Positions 62,337-64,000 of a DNA stretch of 64,000 nucleotides are shown in pieces. Each line of letters opens with the position of its first letter. Within the stretch, counting starts at the first letter, position 1. Source of the DNA: a virus; IMG/VR virus record IMGVR_UViG_3300045988_136451. One strand, written 5' to 3'. A program made the translations under genes and the position numbers. The notes below the pieces were generated by a model. The model was not told the DNA's origin and ran no database searches. It was given only the letters and a program-made list of their open reading frames with translations.

Positions 62337-63026
62337 TTAGATCGCAGGCTCGACGAACATGCCCTCCTCCGCCTGCTTCTCGCCCGTGATTATCACGTCA
62401 AGCTCGTCGGCGTCTATCATGAGATGCAGCTTGATCTTCTCGATGAACGTGGGGTTCACGCGGTCGATGTAGTAGAACTCGCCGCGCACCTTGAACGAGA
62501 ACTGCTTGAACACCGTCACCAAGTCGTCGTCCCACGGAGTGCCCTTGCTGTCGTTGTTCGTCGTGTTCGATAGCGTCGCCATGTTAGGCTCTATGTTCAC
62601 GTACGGGTTGTCCCGCAGGCACTGGCGGTACTTCGGGTCGATTCCGATTCCGCTCACGATGCAGTCGGCGAGGATGGCACCCTCGACGGGGGAGTTCGCG
62701 TACACGTCGATGGTCACCCTGCCGCTGAAAACGTAGGCCGCAACGTCAACCCTGCCGCCGGTGCTCTTGTCGGTCACCATGACCCACTCGTTCGGGGCGG
62801 CTGGCTGGAAGTCCTCGTTCACGTATCCCACGCGGACGTAGGGCCACGCCTCGGCCACGATGGGGTAGTCCGATTCGACCTTCAGGTCTTTGTAGCCGTG
62901 GACGGCGACCATCTCGGGAGATTGCAGGAACTTCCTGATGCTGTCGGTCGCAGCCGTAAGGCAGCTGTAGAAGTACCCCACGTGCTTCGGCTCGTGCCAT
63001 ACCATGTGCCCGTCGTTACTCATCAA
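62337..63026 (-). CDS. hypothetical virion protein (upstream of sheath)
   Basis: 229-aa ORF. Confidence 0.4.
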   Translation of the reverse strand: MMSNDGHMVWHEPKHVGYFYSCLTAATDSIRKFLQSPEMVAVHGYKDLKVESDYPIVAEAWPYVRVGYVNEDFQPAAPNEWVMVTDKSTGGRVDVAAYVFSGRVTIDVYANSPVEGAILADCIVSGIGIDPKYRQCLRDNPYVNIEPNMATLSNTTNNDSKGTPWDDDLVTVFKQFSFKVRGEFYYIDRVNPTFIEKIKLHLMIDADELDVIITGEKQAEEGMFVEPAI

Positions 63027-63990
63027 TCCACTCCATCATCCCGCCGACGAAGGCGTAGTCTATGTCCTCGCTGTGCATCGCTATCGCGTCGTCTATCGCG
63101 TCGGCGATGAACTGCACGGGGCCGTGGCCCGGATGCACCCAGCTCCTCGATTGGCGCGTCTCCGGCATAAGCTCGCCGTCCTGACCGCGCACCCAGTACG
63201 TCTTCTCGCCCTTGCGCCACTGGTTGATGTTCGTCACCTTGCGGAACACGAGCTGGCCGCCGATCACCATGGGGACGGTGTTGTGCGTGACTATGTAATC
63301 GTTCGTGACGTACAACCCGTCCGCACTATCGACGAGGATGCAACGGCACTCCTCGCGTCCGGAAAAGGAAACGCTCTTGAATCTCCTGCACCAACACTTT
63401 GCGCTCTGATGCGCAACGTTGTCAAGATAGCGCTTCAGCTTCTTTTCGTAAGGGGCGAGGAACGGCACAACGCCGTTGTCGAACCTCATCTCGACGATGT
63501 ACGCCACACCGTTTCGATATTTGCCGCTGCGCCTGTCCTCGTGAATATACGCATGGCCTCCGAGCGAAAGCGCTAGGCTCCGCACCTGCACCGCGAGGTC
63601 GCGGCACACCGTGGTGTACTGGCATATCGCACCGCGAGCGGCGCACGAGCCGTCCGTGTCCATGAGGCCCTGCAATAGAAGGACGCGATCTTCGACGCAC
63701 GAAAGCATGTACTCTTCTGGGATGGTCTTGCCGTATGCGTCATGCCCCCATAGTCCGAGCGACCTGAACGCATCTATGAGCGGCGATGTCGAATTGCCGC
63801 CGCGCCCCCAACGCGACGGCGCGGCATTGTAGCCGGGAGCGCCGCACGCCAACGCTATTCTAGCTCCATCTTCAGCGACCGCATGGGGGGTGACGCACTC
63901 CGGCACGAACCTCATGAACGTGTCGATGCCAGCCCCGTCATAACAGCAGAAGTACGGATACGGCCCCCGGAGGCATCCATCGCCTATCAT
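63016..63990 (-). CDS. C-terminal part of an intein-containing virion/packaging protein (gene continues beyond the window)
   Basis: The frame is open to the window edge. 63280-63990 is the intein C-terminal half (LAGLIDADG motifs MIGDGCL and LLQGLMDTDGS, terminal NDYIVTHN|T). 63016-63279 is the C-extein (TVPMVIGGQLVFRKV...). Confidence 0.55.
   Translation of the reverse strand: MIGDGCLRGPYPYFCCYDGAGIDTFMRFVPECVTPHAVAEDGARIALACGAPGYNAAPSRWGRGGNSTSPLIDAFRSLGLWGHDAYGKTIPEEYMLSCVEDRVLLLQGLMDTDGSCAARGAICQYTTVCRDLAVQVRSLALSLGGHAYIHEDRRSGKYRNGVAYIVEMRFDNGVVPFLAPYEKKLKRYLDNVAHQSAKCWCRRFKSVSFSGREECRCILVDSADGLYVTNDYIVTHNTVPMVIGGQLVFRKVTNINQWRKGEKTYWVRGQDGELMPETRQSRSWVHPGHGPVQFIADAIDDAIAMHSEDIDYAFVGGMMEWIDE
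63280..63990 (-). mobile_element. intein (partial; LAGLIDADG endonuclease plus C-terminal splicing block), related to the helicase intein
   Basis: C-terminal block LYVTNDYIVTHNT is near-identical to the helicase intein LYLTDDYIVTHNT. Truncated by the window edge. Confidence 0.6.
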
Positions 63991-64000
63991 CGCTCCGACA

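Noticed and set aside
1-64000. tRNA, rRNA or integrase/attachment features
   Set aside because: No cloverleaf-like conserved tRNA segments, rRNA-like stretches or tyrosine/serine recombinase motifs (R..HxxR..Y) were recognised anywhere in the window.

Overview
High-GC (~63%) window that reads as one continuous stretch of a tailed dsDNA phage or prophage genome; no cellular housekeeping genes, tRNAs or CRISPR arrays were seen. Every credible gene lies on the minus strand, transcribed from coordinate 64000 down to 1; the plus-strand ORFs are Arg/Pro/Gly-rich antisense artefacts of GC-rich coding DNA. From high to low coordinate the order is: (i) a myovirus-like contractile-tail module (sheath, tube, G/GT chaperones with an A7 slippery site, tape measure, baseplate/fibre proteins, six tandem tail-collar-domain paralogs, three paralogous proteins with an N-terminal module fused to different peptidoglycan hydrolase domains, a TM-anchored C39-like peptidase); (ii) a replication/recombination module (SNF2 helicase, DnaC-like loader, DnaB-like helicase carrying a P-loop intein, DnaG primase, J-domain protein, SSB-like protein, PolIII alpha, RecA-like, PD-(D/E)xK nucleases, RecU); (iii) about 40 small early-type genes, many encoding Cys-rich zinc-ribbon proteins, plus a C5-cytosine methyltransferase, a DUF4406-like protein, a GHKL ATPase and a PAPS-reductase-like PP-loop enzyme. 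Mobile elements are two HNH homing endonucleases in AT-rich islands and two related LAGLIDADG inteins. The most striking non-coding signal is a 16-bp AT-rich palindrome (consensus TCGATAAAATAATCGA, arms CGAT/ATCG) present at least 9 times, nearly always just upstream of an RBS and start codon. Other signals are a near-identical promoter cassette (TTAAGACA, ~17 nt, TGGTAAGAT) repeated three times, AAGTTAAGA-type direct repeats around several promoters, intrinsic terminators, a candidate structured ncRNA, and several G8-G9 homopolymer tracts at gene C-termini or acting as Shine-Dalgarno sequences. Motif and regulatory coordinates are read by eye from the sequence and may be off by 1-2 nt; CDS ends follow the ORF track, and starts were adjusted using RBS and overlap logic.
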